A stretch of 64,000 nt of DNA, taken from positions 2,023-66,022 of the forward strand of contig CASDOS010000023.1 of NCBI GenBank assembly GCA_949282205.1. The letters run 5' to 3'. Of the stretch, positions 1 to 9,357 are shown in pieces. Both the position numbers and the translations under genes were made by a program. Position 1 is the stretch's first letter; the number at the start of each line of letters is the position of its first letter. A model generated the notes under the pieces. It searched no databases. It was given only the letters and a program-made list of their open reading frames with translations, and had not been told where the DNA came from. The DNA comes from an uncultured Alphaproteobacteria bacterium (GTDB taxonomy: Bacteria; Pseudomonadota; Alphaproteobacteria; RF32; CAG-239).

Positions 1-383
1 TCATCGGGGATAATGTCACGATGTATCACGGCGTAACATTGGGGGGAACCAAATCTTATGGCGGAAAGAAAGGCAAACGCCACCCGACAGTGGAGGATAA
101 TGTGGTCATTGGTGCGGGAGCAATGGTATTAGGCCCGATAACAATAGGCAAGAACGCCAAAATCGGCGCAAATGCGACAGTGGTTAAGGATGTAGCGGAA
201 AACACGACGGTGATCGGCACGGCGGCAATACCTGTCGAGAAGTCAAAGAGCAAAGCGTTTATGCCGTATGGTATAGATGCGAAGAGCGAGGATCCGTATG
301 AGAAGAAGATAGCCGAGTACGAAGAACGCATCAGAGCTTTGGAGAAACAACTAGCCCATTTAAGCAAAAAAAACAAAGAATAA
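1..383 (+). CDS. cysE: serine O-acetyltransferase, C-terminal part (5' end lies outside the window)
   Basis: The frame is open to the window edge. It carries the hexapeptide-repeat sequence [44 protein letters not shown] typical of CysE, followed by a charged coiled-coil-like C-terminal tail. The stop is TAA. Confidence 0.8.
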   Translation, partial: IGDNVTMYHGVTLGGTKSYGGKKGKRHPTVEDNVVIGAGAMVLGPITIGKNAKIGANATVVKDVAENTTVIGTAAIPVEKSKSKAFMPYGIDAKSEDPYEKKIAEYEERIRALEKQLAHLSKKNKE

Positions 384-408
384 ACAACGAAACATACTAA
401 TTTTTGGA

Positions 409-666
409 GTGTGGAGAAGAACATCTGCAAGATTGACACTAAGTGAGCTTCACCCTACGCTCCCCATAATGGTCAAAGAAAAGGATACGGCTATGTTAAA
501 AAAAATATTTGATACAATCAAAAAATACCACAGAATAATTTTCCCCATTATCGCCGTAATATGTTACAGCCTAAACTCACGGTTCCCATATAAAGACTAT
601 AGCTTCACCCTAGATTTGCTTTTTATCATTTCTTTAATCATCTCCGTAGTATCAATAGCTTTTTAG
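409..666 (+). CDS. small membrane protein; the N-terminal piece of a reading frame that continues in-frame into 715..1248 across one TAG
   Basis: The C-terminal half is hydrophobic. A more likely start is the ATG at 493, preceded by AAGGA. TAG at 664-666 is followed by 16 sense codons in the same frame up to the ATG at 715. Confidence 0.35.
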   Translation: MWRRTSARLTLSELHPTLPIMVKEKDTAMLKKIFDTIKKYHRIIFPIIAVICYSLNSRFPYKDYSFTLDLLFIISLIISVVSIAF

Positions 667-714
667 CTAAAAAAATACCCATGGATATATTATCTATGTG
701 TCTTTTTTGCAAAT

Positions 715-1248
715 ATGGCTCGTTTGCCGATACAATACATAGTGCTCTTAATGTTTCCGATAATCAACGGGAAAGCATACCTAAATAACACCACCCTGAC
801 CTGCCTTTTCAAAACGGCCTTAAAACACCAACCCACCAGTGCCGATAAATACAAAAAGTTTCACTCGCTGGTTGTCTATTATACCACCCTCATCTTAATA
901 TCAATACCGTTAACACCTCTTTCCTTATCCCATTTTTTTGAAATTTTGCCGGTTGGCCGCACAATTATCAATCCTTTGTATATGTTTCTAATCTCATACT
1001 GGCCAATCTATTTGATTTTCTGCATAATCACCCTGTGCGCTCATCTTGCTCTCTTTCGCATAAAAAAAACGAATAAGCAGATGAAACAGGAGGAAACTTC
1101 CACATCAACACCTGAGGAAACAAAAACCCTAAAGAGCCCGCTTACTTGGTTTTGGATTATTGTTTACATCTTGATAACGTTTATGCTCTTACCGACTAAT
1201 TTTATGATACTCTCAGACTTTTATCATACCGTCGATGGCTTAATGTAG
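715..1248 (+). CDS. polytopic membrane protein, unknown function
   Basis: This is a 177-aa ORF with several hydrophobic segments and a charged S/T/E-rich loop. It shares the motif IINxxAY...FKTAxKHxP with the neighbouring copy at 1295..1756. Confidence 0.5.
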   Translation: MARLPIQYIVLLMFPIINGKAYLNNTTLTCLFKTALKHQPTSADKYKKFHSLVVYYTTLILISIPLTPLSLSHFFEILPVGRTIINPLYMFLISYWPIYLIFCIITLCAHLALFRIKKTNKQMKQEETSTSTPEETKTLKSPLTWFWIIVYILITFMLLPTNFMILSDFYHTVDGLM

Positions 1249-1294
1249 AACCACGAACCATAAACACATACAACTTTTAAATTGAGAAAACGCC

Positions 1295-1756
1295 ATGAAT
1301 AAAAAATTATCAGAAACGAACAAACAAGACAATGATTTTATACTTAACTTGATAACCACATTTGTTTTGACAAAGTTGTGGTACATCGGCTGGGCATTTT
1401 AGTGGGAAATAGTAAATATCAACACTTGCGCCATAGCCACTATCCTCCTACTCCTCGCCTACTTTTTATACAAAAGTTTAAGAAATTCATTAAGCATCAT
1501 ATATTTAGGCTTCATAGAGTATTTTACATTTTTACCGTATGTATCTGTTTTCAGCTCAACCTTTCCCTACAGCAAAGCCTCAGCTCATGATGCCATTGTC
1601 TATCTGAGCATTTTCGTCCTCATCTTAACCATGATAATATTGCCGACAATTATAAATAGTGCCTATAAGAGCCAAGCCAGCTTAATAAATATAATCAAAA
1701 CCGCGTTCAAAAAGCATACCCCAGCCAAGAAGAATACCATATGTACCTGCCTTTGA
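1295..1756 (+). pseudogene. membrane-protein reading frame interrupted by an in-frame TAG at 1400-1402
   Basis: ATG at 1295 is followed by 35 codons, then TAG, then 117 further sense codons in the same frame ending at TGA 1754-1756. The product is hydrophobic and paralogous to the 409..1248 frame. It is not in the ORF track because it is split. Confidence 0.4.
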
Positions 1757-2241
1757 TTTTATCGTCATTAATTTTATCTTGTATATATTACCCCTTATTT
1801 GAACACATACAAAACTACACCTTAAATATAACATCAAAATATAATACAACACCTCTAATTGTCATGAGCAACATCTTGCAGTTATCAGTCATCGTGTACT
1901 ATACCTATTGCCTTCTAAATCTATGCTCACTATTTGCTCTAGGCTGCATAAAGCAAAAGGGCATGACATTTCAACCGATGGAAAAACTTCCACTAACCGA
2001 GCCAAAAGATAATGCAAACAATTCCTCCCTCCCCGCTTCGGTAAATAAAAAGCAAGTCAGCCAGGACATTCCACAAAACACTTCAAAATCAGAAGTAAAA
2101 AGTTCTCGTTCAATGCAAATACTGCACAAATTCATTATAATCATCTTAGCCGGATTATTGCTGATTATGTTGCTTTTCATCATTGCCGAATCTCATTTTG
2201 GATGCGGCAACATCGGTGAAACAATAGAACGCCGCTTCTAA
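1741..2241 (+). CDS. membrane protein, unknown function (paralog of the C-terminal part of 715..1248)
   Basis: This is a 166-aa ORF with the same layout as its neighbour: TM segments, a polar S/N/K-rich loop and a C-terminal TM. It overlaps the preceding frame by 16 nt in a different frame. Confidence 0.5.
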   Translation: MYLPLILSSLILSCIYYPLFEHIQNYTLNITSKYNTTPLIVMSNILQLSVIVYYTYCLLNLCSLFALGCIKQKGMTFQPMEKLPLTEPKDNANNSSLPASVNKKQVSQDIPQNTSKSEVKSSRSMQILHKFIIIILAGLLLIMLLFIIAESHFGCGNIGETIERRF

Positions 2242-2329
2242 TATACGATGAAAAAAACAAAGAACATACCCAAAAGGCACCGTCAACTCGGCGCCTAAAA
2301 AAGCCTTTTATCAACAAGATAAAGAAGGA

Positions 2330-3049
2330 TTATTTTCCATCACTTAAGATATTGACAATACCGTAAAGCGAGTTTAGTTCTTGCTCAGTGATTTGCGCGC
2401 GTGTAAAAATATTGCTGATGTTGCGAAGTAAACTCTTGGTATGTTCCTCATCTTTAAGGCGTGGACTTTGTTTAATTCGTCCGTTCAGGTTTTCGATAAA
2501 TTTAAACAACTTTTCTTTATCGGCGACAAGACCTCCGTTGGTAATAAAACGCCGTCCCTCGGGAGAAATAGTTGTTTTATAATACTCATATCCGATAACA
2601 AGCACCGCTTGCGCAAGATTGAGCGAACAATGTTCGGGATTAAGCGGCACTTCAATAATCGCATCGGCTAAAGAAATATCTTCATTTTCCAGCCCCGTGC
2701 GTTCGCAACCAAACATAAACCCGACTTTTGCGTTTTGAGGCAAATGTTGCGCGGCATATTCCGCGGTAAATACCTCTTTAACCTGATGACGCGGACGAGC
2801 TGTAGCGGCATAAACCATTGTAAGGTCAGCCAAAGCCTCTTGCGTGGAAGCATAGATTTTCGCATTAAGGAGGATTTCTTCGGAATTGGAAGAAGCGCGC
2901 AGAGCCATCTCGGAAGTTGGCGACTGTTCGGGTTGCACGATACGGAGTTCTTTAAGCGCGCAATTTTTCATTGCTCTCGCGGCCATACCGATATTTTCCG
3001 CAAGCTGAGGTTTAACCAAAATAACGACCGGTGCAAACTGTTCACTCAC
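2330..3049 (-). CDS. trmJ: SpoU/TrmH-class RNA 2'-O-methyltransferase (TrmJ-like)
   Basis: The N-terminus VVILVKPQLAENIGMAARAMKNCALKELRIV and the motifs FGCERTGL and PLNPEHCSLNLAQAV are typical of SpoU-family methyltransferases of about 240 aa. Confidence 0.7.
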   Translation of the reverse strand: MSEQFAPVVILVKPQLAENIGMAARAMKNCALKELRIVQPEQSPTSEMALRASSNSEEILLNAKIYASTQEALADLTMVYAATARPRHQVKEVFTAEYAAQHLPQNAKVGFMFGCERTGLENEDISLADAIIEVPLNPEHCSLNLAQAVLVIGYEYYKTTISPEGRRFITNGGLVADKEKLFKFIENLNGRIKQSPRLKDEEHTKSLLRNISNIFTRAQITEQELNSLYGIVNILSDGK

Positions 3050-3228
3050 TAATCAAGCCTCCTACAAAAAACAAAAAAGCTCACCCGAGCCACAAAAACT
3101 TTTTTCCTCATAAATCAAAGAACAAACTTTGTCAAGCCATCACGAGCAAACAACAAGCATCTCATTGGAATTAAAATTCCAACCACTAACACTATATCAG
3201 CGTTAAAAACCCAAACCACAAGTTCAAT

Positions 3229-3360
3229 ATCGTCTTAAAGTCACAGAGCATCCTCAAACTTCCCTCCAATTGACCACGCCCCTCCGAGCCAAGTTATCGT
3301 CTTAAAGTCACAGAGCATCCACAAATTTTCCGCCAATTGACCACGCTCACGAGGCAAGTT
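3229..3360. repeat. direct repeat of about 67 bp, two copies
   Basis: atcgtcttaaagtcacagagcatcc..ccaattgaccacgc..caagtt occurs at 3229-3295 and again at 3296-3360, followed by a partial restart atcgc. Confidence 0.75.
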
Positions 3361-3883
3361 ATCGCAAATATTTGCCCATACTTTTGAAATCCACACCGGT
3401 TGCACGTTCAAATTTCTGAATAAGACCGGTCGCACTCGGCAGCTGCGGTAATTTCAAACTATTCTGCAAATTCCCGAAATTAAACATAGAACCGGAATCA
3501 GCCTGTTGCTGCTGTTGTTGTTTTTGTCTTGCGATAGCCTGCCGATTAGCCTGAGTATTCGGCACCAATGTCTGTTCCTGCTCATCATTATTACCACTCA
3601 TCAAATTTTTGACAGAATCAAGAAATCCCCCATCATCGTCACTTTCCTCAGGCTGAATATAGGCGTGTGTACGGTCGATAGTAGTAGCCCCCTCAGTTTG
3701 ATAGTGAAGAGTAGAATGTCGACGAGCGCGTTTTTGTTCTTTTTGATAAACGGCCTCAATAGCCTCCTCGTCATTAGCCTCGAGCCAAGGATTAGAGCTT
3801 AATTCCTGCGCATTAATTTGCGCCATATTGAGCCACAACGCAATCAGCACCGTCAAAACGATAATGATTTTTTGCAACATCAC
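3359..3883 (-). CDS. secreted protein with a poly-Gln tract, unknown function
   Basis: The N-terminal signal-like peptide is MMLQKIIIVLTVLIALWLNMAQINA. There is an acidic region and a QQQQQQQ run. Confidence 0.5.
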   Translation of the reverse strand: MMLQKIIIVLTVLIALWLNMAQINAQELSSNPWLEANDEEAIEAVYQKEQKRARRHSTLHYQTEGATTIDRTHAYIQPEESDDDGGFLDSVKNLMSGNNDEQEQTLVPNTQANRQAIARQKQQQQQQADSGSMFNFGNLQNSLKLPQLPSATGLIQKFERATGVDFKSMGKYLR

Positions 3884-4003
3884 AACAATCCCATTTAAAT
3901 CAACAACAATAAGATTTTAGGAAAAAACAAATAAAAAATCATTAAAAAAGCGCATTATCCCCAACAAAAGAAACCTAAGTAATCACAGCAAAAACGCCCC
4001 GAT

Positions 4004-6520
4004 TTATCGTCCTTTATCTTTTAACATCGAAAGCTCCAAGTTTCTATTCTGCCCGCTCTGATATTTTTCAAGATCCTCTTGCATTTCATCTTTAAAGAAG
4101 ACCTGTCCGTTCCAATTTTCAGGCAACGTCAAGGAAGAACACTCCTCCATTTGTTTTCTGTCTCTAAAAATAAGACGTTCGGTTCTATGCCAATCAGCTT
4201 TTTCTAAATCGACTTCAGCACAACCGGAAACATCAACGATAGGCGGCAGATTTTCAGCTCTGCACAACGAAACATCAGCGCCCTGTCCAAACCTCAACTC
4301 ACACAAATTATGCAAATCGCACAACGCCAAATTAATGCTACGACAAGCGGAAACATTAAGATGTTCAGGCAAATTAGAAGCATTTCTCAAACTGACATCT
4401 ATTCCGCTTTTAAAACGCAGAGCCTTAGGAAAAGGATTATCATAATCATCAAATTCGGCTCTGTTCAAAGTAACCGAGCGACATTTAGAAAAATCCGTTT
4501 CGGGATGTAAATGAGTAACCCCATCCATTGATACATGAGCATTTTCGGCAAACGTAAGCGGCTTAACCTGCGCCAAACAAGAACTATCAAAGTTAATATT
4601 TGAACAGTGTGAAACATCAACTCTAGCCGGCAATGTTTTCACATGGCGAACCATAACCTCAACGCCATAAGCAAATTTCAGTTCATCAAGTTCGCCCAAA
4701 GCACAAAAAGATAAATTAACCTGTTTACAGTAAGAAAAGTCATAATTACCATGTAAATGAGAAGCAGCTTCTAAATTTACCTCCGCCTGCGGAGCAAACT
4801 TCATACCGTCATAATTTTGCAAATCACAGTAGGATAAAGCGACCTTAGCACATTGAGAAACATCTAAATCTTTAGGTAAATTAGAAGATTGATAGAAATC
4901 AACTGTCGCTCCTTCTGCAAATTTAAGCTTACTTAGTTTACGCAAATTACAGCGGCAAAAGACCACATCAGCGCATTCGGAAACATCAATTTTATCGGCA
5001 ACATCAGAATCCATCAAGAACACGGCACGAGAACCTTTAGCAAATTTAATGTCACTCTGTTGCGGCAAACTCGTATGATCAAACAAAACTTCGCAACAGC
5101 GAGAAACATCAAAATCTTGAGGAAGATTGCTTGCTTCATAAAAAGAAACTTTCGCCCCTTGAGCAAATTTCAAAGCTTCTACCCCGTCAAAATCAATATC
5201 TTTAAATTTCACGTTAGCGCAACCAGCAACATCTACATCATGAGGCATTGAAAAAACATTTTCAAGCTCCACCACAGCCCCGTCATGAAATTTCAATTTA
5301 TCCAGTTGTTCCAAATCACAATGAGCCAGTTGCACATAACAACAACCGGAAAAATCGGTATCATGAGGAATATTTTGGGTTTCATTTAAGATAACCTTAG
5401 AATTTTCGGCAAACTTCAAGCAACACCCATCCGACAATTCGCAAAAAGATAAATCCACTTCCGAGCAAGGAGAAAAATCAATTCCCTCAGGCAAGTTAAA
5501 ACATCCCGATAAATTCACCTTAGCCCCTTTTTTAAAAGAAAGAGCATCAAGATTGGATAAATAGGATTTAGATAAATTGACTTCATCGCAATTCGCAACA
5601 TTCAACTTCTTAATTTCCCCTCCCACGTTACTTAAATCAACCGCCGAACACATAGACAAGTCCAAATTTTCAGGAATATGATAACACCCGCTTAAATTAA
5701 CCTTAGCGCCCTTTTTAAAGCGCAGATGAGAGAATTGCGACAAATCACAACCGGATAAATTGACCTCATCACAATGGCTTAAATCTAAATTTTGAGGAAT
5801 ATTGCTGCATTTACTCAAATCAACCTTAGCCCCCTCAGCAAAACGAAGATTATCCCATCCGTCCAAATCCAAACCGGAAAGCCCGACCTCTGCGCATTGC
5901 GAAAAATCTAAATCATGCGGCGGATTTTGCACATTATCAAAAATAACCTTCGCCCCTTTTTTAAAGTGCAACGGAGCCACATTTTTCAAATCGGTACCAC
6001 TCAAATTGACTTCCGCGCAATTAGAAACATCAATAACCTGAGGAAGTTCCGTTTCCGGACGTCCGCTCCATCCGTCTTTTCCGCAAGATAGATCAACCTT
6101 TGCCCCCTCTGCAAACGTGAGCTTTTGCACATTTTTCATTTTACATCTACGCAAAACAACTTCTGCGCATTGTGACACATCAAAGTCTTGAGGAAAATCG
6201 GAAACATGCTCCAAATATATTTTAGCCCCTTTTCTGAATTGCACTTTATCAAAATTATCAAATTTAAAGAGCAACATCTGAAATTCAGAAAATTTAGTAA
6301 AATCCAAATCATGCGGTAAATTGTAAGACAAATCAAAATTTGCTTTAATACCGTCCCCCAACCGTAATTCCTGATAGTCCGCAAATTTACAATTACGAAA
6401 CGTCACTTCGCGACACCGAGAAACATCAATAACCGCCGGCAAATTCCCCACATCATTAAAATCAATTTTATCTTCCACGGCAACCAATTTGGAATATGAC
6501 GGAAGATATATTCGGCTCAT
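4004..6520 (-). CDS. MFVDI-family repeat protein, repeat and C-cap part only (split gene)
   Basis: The 838-aa product consists of roughly 40-aa repeats (F[KA]xGAKVxL...P..LD[FV]SxCxEVxLSGxDL). It carries the family C-cap LIFRDRKQMEE..LPENWNGQVFF and ends ..KDKGR. Its ATG overlaps the stop of 6517..6924 as ATGA. Confidence 0.85.
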   Translation of the reverse strand: MSRIYLPSYSKLVAVEDKIDFNDVGNLPAVIDVSRCREVTFRNCKFADYQELRLGDGIKANFDLSYNLPHDLDFTKFSEFQMLLFKFDNFDKVQFRKGAKIYLEHVSDFPQDFDVSQCAEVVLRRCKMKNVQKLTFAEGAKVDLSCGKDGWSGRPETELPQVIDVSNCAEVNLSGTDLKNVAPLHFKKGAKVIFDNVQNPPHDLDFSQCAEVGLSGLDLDGWDNLRFAEGAKVDLSKCSNIPQNLDLSHCDEVNLSGCDLSQFSHLRFKKGAKVNLSGCYHIPENLDLSMCSAVDLSNVGGEIKKLNVANCDEVNLSKSYLSNLDALSFKKGAKVNLSGCFNLPEGIDFSPCSEVDLSFCELSDGCCLKFAENSKVILNETQNIPHDTDFSGCCYVQLAHCDLEQLDKLKFHDGAVVELENVFSMPHDVDVAGCANVKFKDIDFDGVEALKFAQGAKVSFYEASNLPQDFDVSRCCEVLFDHTSLPQQSDIKFAKGSRAVFLMDSDVADKIDVSECADVVFCRCNLRKLSKLKFAEGATVDFYQSSNLPKDLDVSQCAKVALSYCDLQNYDGMKFAPQAEVNLEAASHLHGNYDFSYCKQVNLSFCALGELDELKFAYGVEVMVRHVKTLPARVDVSHCSNINFDSSCLAQVKPLTFAENAHVSMDGVTHLHPETDFSKCRSVTLNRAEFDDYDNPFPKALRFKSGIDVSLRNASNLPEHLNVSACRSINLALCDLHNLCELRFGQGADVSLCRAENLPPIVDVSGCAEVDLEKADWHRTERLIFRDRKQMEECSSLTLPENWNGQVFFKDEMQEDLEKYQSGQNRNLELSMLKDKGR

Positions 6521-6924
6521 AGGTTCCGCCCCACACCCAAACCGGTACTGTAATACTGAGCAGAATCAATAATAATTCCCTCTTTAAGTTTCCGCGCCTC
6601 ATCAAAATCGGCCAGATAACCGGAATTTTTAGCCAAAGTTTCCCCAATTTGAGGAATAGGATGCGGCTGTTCACGATTAGAAAAAACAGCCAAAACAACA
6701 TCTTTAAACGGCAACTGTTCATCAATAGGGAGCATGGCAATACAATCTAACATATCTTTGATATTTCGCGCGCAATTTGTAGATAAGAGCACCTCCCGAC
6801 AAACCTCTGGTGTAATTTTTTGTTTTGGCTGTCGCACGCCTCTCACCACAACACCTTTTTTATAAGGTGTAAGTATATTTTCCACGACAATTGGCGATTT
6901 AAGAGCAGAAATATCCACAAACAT
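6517..6924 (-). CDS. stand-alone MFVDI N-terminal domain protein
   Basis: The 135-aa product begins MFVDISALKSPIVVENILTPYKKGVVVRGVRQPKQKITPEVC..STN..IKDML..LP..EQ..FKDVVLAVFSNREQP. This aligns with the N-termini of the fused paralogs. Confidence 0.85.
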   Translation of the reverse strand: MFVDISALKSPIVVENILTPYKKGVVVRGVRQPKQKITPEVCREVLLSTNCARNIKDMLDCIAMLPIDEQLPFKDVVLAVFSNREQPHPIPQIGETLAKNSGYLADFDEARKLKEGIIIDSAQYYSTGLGVGRNL

Positions 6925-6953
6925 AAGCCTTCTTCCATAAATAATATACTAAA

Positions 6954-6982
6954 AGAATAGCATAAAAAAGAAAATTACGCAA
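6954..6982 (-). promoter_or_regulatory. candidate sigma70-type promoter for 6517..6924
   Basis: In gene sense it reads TTGCGT, a 17-nt spacer, then TATTCT preceded by tatgc. The same architecture occurs upstream of 11747..13582 and 13663..16368. Confidence 0.4.
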
Positions 6983-7106
6983 CAAGAAAAAAACTATTTT
7001 TCCTCCACCGGCAAATTAAAGCCGCCCTCAGCCATAAAGAAAGAAAAAAAGCCCCCTTTTCACGCCCCTTTTCACCCTCTGGGGAGCATTCCGCCAAGCT
7101 AAAGAT

Positions 7107-8318
7107 TTATAAAGCGGAAGCGATTTCCGGATCTTTAAAGTACCTGACCACGGATTTAGTAATCGCCTCACCTAATTTTTTACGATATGCGGGTTGTCGC
7201 AAAAATTTCTCTTCGGAATAATTAGAAAGATATCCCAATTCAATCAAGACGGAAGGAATATCGGGAGCTTTAAGGACGGCAAACCCTGCAAATTTATGCG
7301 CATTGCTGACAAGTTTAACCCGTTGTTTCATCTCGGTCACGACATAACCTGCAAATTTAGAAGATTTGTTCCGACTGTCATTTTGGGATAGAGAGATAAG
7401 GACATCATTGATTTCGGGCGAATTATCAGAGAAGTCCATACCATCAATAATATCGGCTTTATTTTCACGTTCAGCCAGAGCTTCGGCTTCTTTATCGGAA
7501 GCGGTTTCGGAAAGAGTATAGACTGAAAGTCCGCGCGCATTACGGTTCAAAGCGCTATCGGCATGAATACTGATAAACAAATCGGCATGATAATTACGCG
7601 CGATAGCGACACGTTTACGCAGCGGAATAAAGATATCGGTAGAGCGTGTCATATACACTTTAAAGCCTTGCGCCTCCAGTTGTTTTTGCAATTCTTTCCC
7701 CATAGAGAGGGTAATATTTTTCTCGTACGTTCTGTAAGAACGCCCGATAGCCCCGGGATCTTTACCGCCGTGTCCGGGGTCAAGCACGACAATTTTCTTA
7801 CGTTTAACCGCACCGTTATATTTAGAATTAAGATTAGACTTTGAGGATGGATCGGAAAGTCCCTGCGAACTCAAATCAATAACCAAGCGCCAATTTTTCT
7901 GTCCCGCCTGAGGTTCGATAGTAAATTTCTTTTTGATATTGACATTATTATTAAGTTCAAAGACCAACCGTTTACCGTCAATTTTCGCCTGATTACCGAT
8001 TCTAAAATCGCTGATAAGTTTATTTTTGGCAATTTTCGGTGTACCCGAGATTTGTGTATTTTTCAAATCAATCACCAAGCGATTGGGAGAATCAAGCAAA
8101 AAGGCGTCATAATCAAAATCCTCCGTTCCGTCCAAAACAATTCGGATACCATCGACCTGTTGACCTGTTCGCACATCTTTAATTGTATTCTGCGCCCAAG
8201 CATCGGCAACAGTCATTGCAACAAGCACCCCCCAACAGAGAGCCGAACAAAGCCCGCCCCGTACAATTTTATCAAAGATTTTTTTAATATTCAGATTGCG
8301 CGTTATCATAAGTCCCAA
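7107..8318 (-). CDS. amiC: N-acetylmuramoyl-L-alanine amidase with N-terminal AMIN domain
   Basis: It has a signal-like N-terminus. The AMIN-like segment is IRIVLDGTEDFDYDAFLLDSPNRLVIDL. The Amidase_3 motifs are VVLDPGHGGKDPGA and DLFISIHADS. Confidence 0.9.
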   Translation of the reverse strand: MGLMITRNLNIKKIFDKIVRGGLCSALCWGVLVAMTVADAWAQNTIKDVRTGQQVDGIRIVLDGTEDFDYDAFLLDSPNRLVIDLKNTQISGTPKIAKNKLISDFRIGNQAKIDGKRLVFELNNNVNIKKKFTIEPQAGQKNWRLVIDLSSQGLSDPSSKSNLNSKYNGAVKRKKIVVLDPGHGGKDPGAIGRSYRTYEKNITLSMGKELQKQLEAQGFKVYMTRSTDIFIPLRKRVAIARNYHADLFISIHADSALNRNARGLSVYTLSETASDKEAEALAERENKADIIDGMDFSDNSPEINDVLISLSQNDSRNKSSKFAGYVVTEMKQRVKLVSNAHKFAGFAVLKAPDIPSVLIELGYLSNYSEEKFLRQPAYRKKLGEAITKSVVRYFKDPEIASAL

Positions 8319-8534
8319 AGTATCGTTATCAAAAAACAGTTACAACCATAAAAAAAAATAACTCACAACTTCTTAAGATTGGTTTAAGAAGAAGATTTAC
8401 ATACCAACAAGTAAAAAATATTCTCTGAAAAAGGCGAAAACATATTAAGACTTTATTTAATATTTCATATTATACAACTATATAAGAACAGAGAAAGAGA
8501 AAGAGCAAAAGCAAAAGACAGGGAGTTAAAATAA

Positions 8535-8894
8535 ATGTCGGTAGGAAAGAAAGTAGGAATTATCGCGGACAAGATGTTGCACATAACCGAAAAAGCGGTT
8601 AAGAAGTTAGAAGATTACGGCGCAAAATCGGCAGAAGAAAACAACAATGAGAACGCGCGCAAGCTATCAAAAGCGATGAACAAGCTAGGCAAGAAATTAG
8701 AAGAAAATCATGATGCGTATATAACGAGCGTGGAAGAAAACGCCGATGAATTAACCGAACGCGGCAAAGAAGCGATCAAAAAGCTAAAAGAGGTATATAA
8801 AGAAATGAAAACGCGCGCCGACGTAGCCAAAGAAAAAGCGGCCAGCGACGCACAAAAAGACAGCTCTCCAACTGAGGAGAAAGAAAAAAAATGA
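8535..8894 (+). CDS. Lys/Glu-rich coiled-coil protein, unknown function
   Basis: This is a 119-aa ORF preceded by GGGAG. The composition is highly charged and consistent with a helical protein. Confidence 0.5.
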   Translation: MSVGKKVGIIADKMLHITEKAVKKLEDYGAKSAEENNNENARKLSKAMNKLGKKLEENHDAYITSVEENADELTERGKEAIKKLKEVYKEMKTRADVAKEKAASDAQKDSSPTEEKEKK

Positions 8895-8978
8895 AGCATA
8901 AAAAAAGAAAATAAAGCGTAAAAATAAAAAAAGGCCTCTCTCATAAAGAAAGAAGCCTTTAATTTTTCCCGCCCTTCA

Positions 8979-9335
8979 TTAAGGACGCTGTCTCCAACGT
9001 GCCACCACATGAATAATCAGAAACCATAACACAATAAAACACAGACAAAACAAGATGAAGGCCAAAAAATTCCGCCCGACATTCTCCGCCGCAAACGCCA
9101 ACACAAACAAAAGATCGCATCGCATGAGCCACATAACGGCCGGAGAAAAAATTTTTTCTTTTTGGTTACGACATTCGCAATACCCAAAAGCGGCAAATGA
9201 GCCACAGGCAGTTCCCCAAGCGGTAGCATTAATAATCCAATCATCGCTTTTTAGGAAAAACAGGATAAAAGCGCAGAAAGCGCAAATACCGCCAATAATA
9301 AGCGCCCAATAAACAAACAATCTGTTATTTTCCAT
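8979..9335 (-). CDS. small membrane protein, unknown function
   Basis: This is a 118-aa ORF with about four hydrophobic segments. Confidence 0.45.
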   Translation of the reverse strand: MENNRLFVYWALIIGGICAFCAFILFFLKSDDWIINATAWGTACGSFAAFGYCECRNQKEKIFSPAVMWLMRCDLLFVLAFAAENVGRNFLAFILFCLCFIVLWFLIIHVVARWRQRP

Positions 9336-9357
9336 AGTTGTTATTTTTTAAGAAATT

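Noticed and set aside
664-1402. Reassigned or read-through TAG codon (alternative genetic code)
   Set aside because: TAG ends fhs exactly at the conserved ..GLF C-terminus (43421-43423). It also ends other ORFs cleanly, such as 715..1248 and 55644..57755. TAG is therefore a normal stop here, and the in-frame TAGs are better explained as disruptions or split ORFs.
1378-1590. Track ORF 1378..1590 (70 aa, basic)
   Set aside because: A different frame across the same DNA gives a long hydrophobic reading frame that is paralogous to the neighbouring gene. The 70-aa ORF has no RBS or homology.
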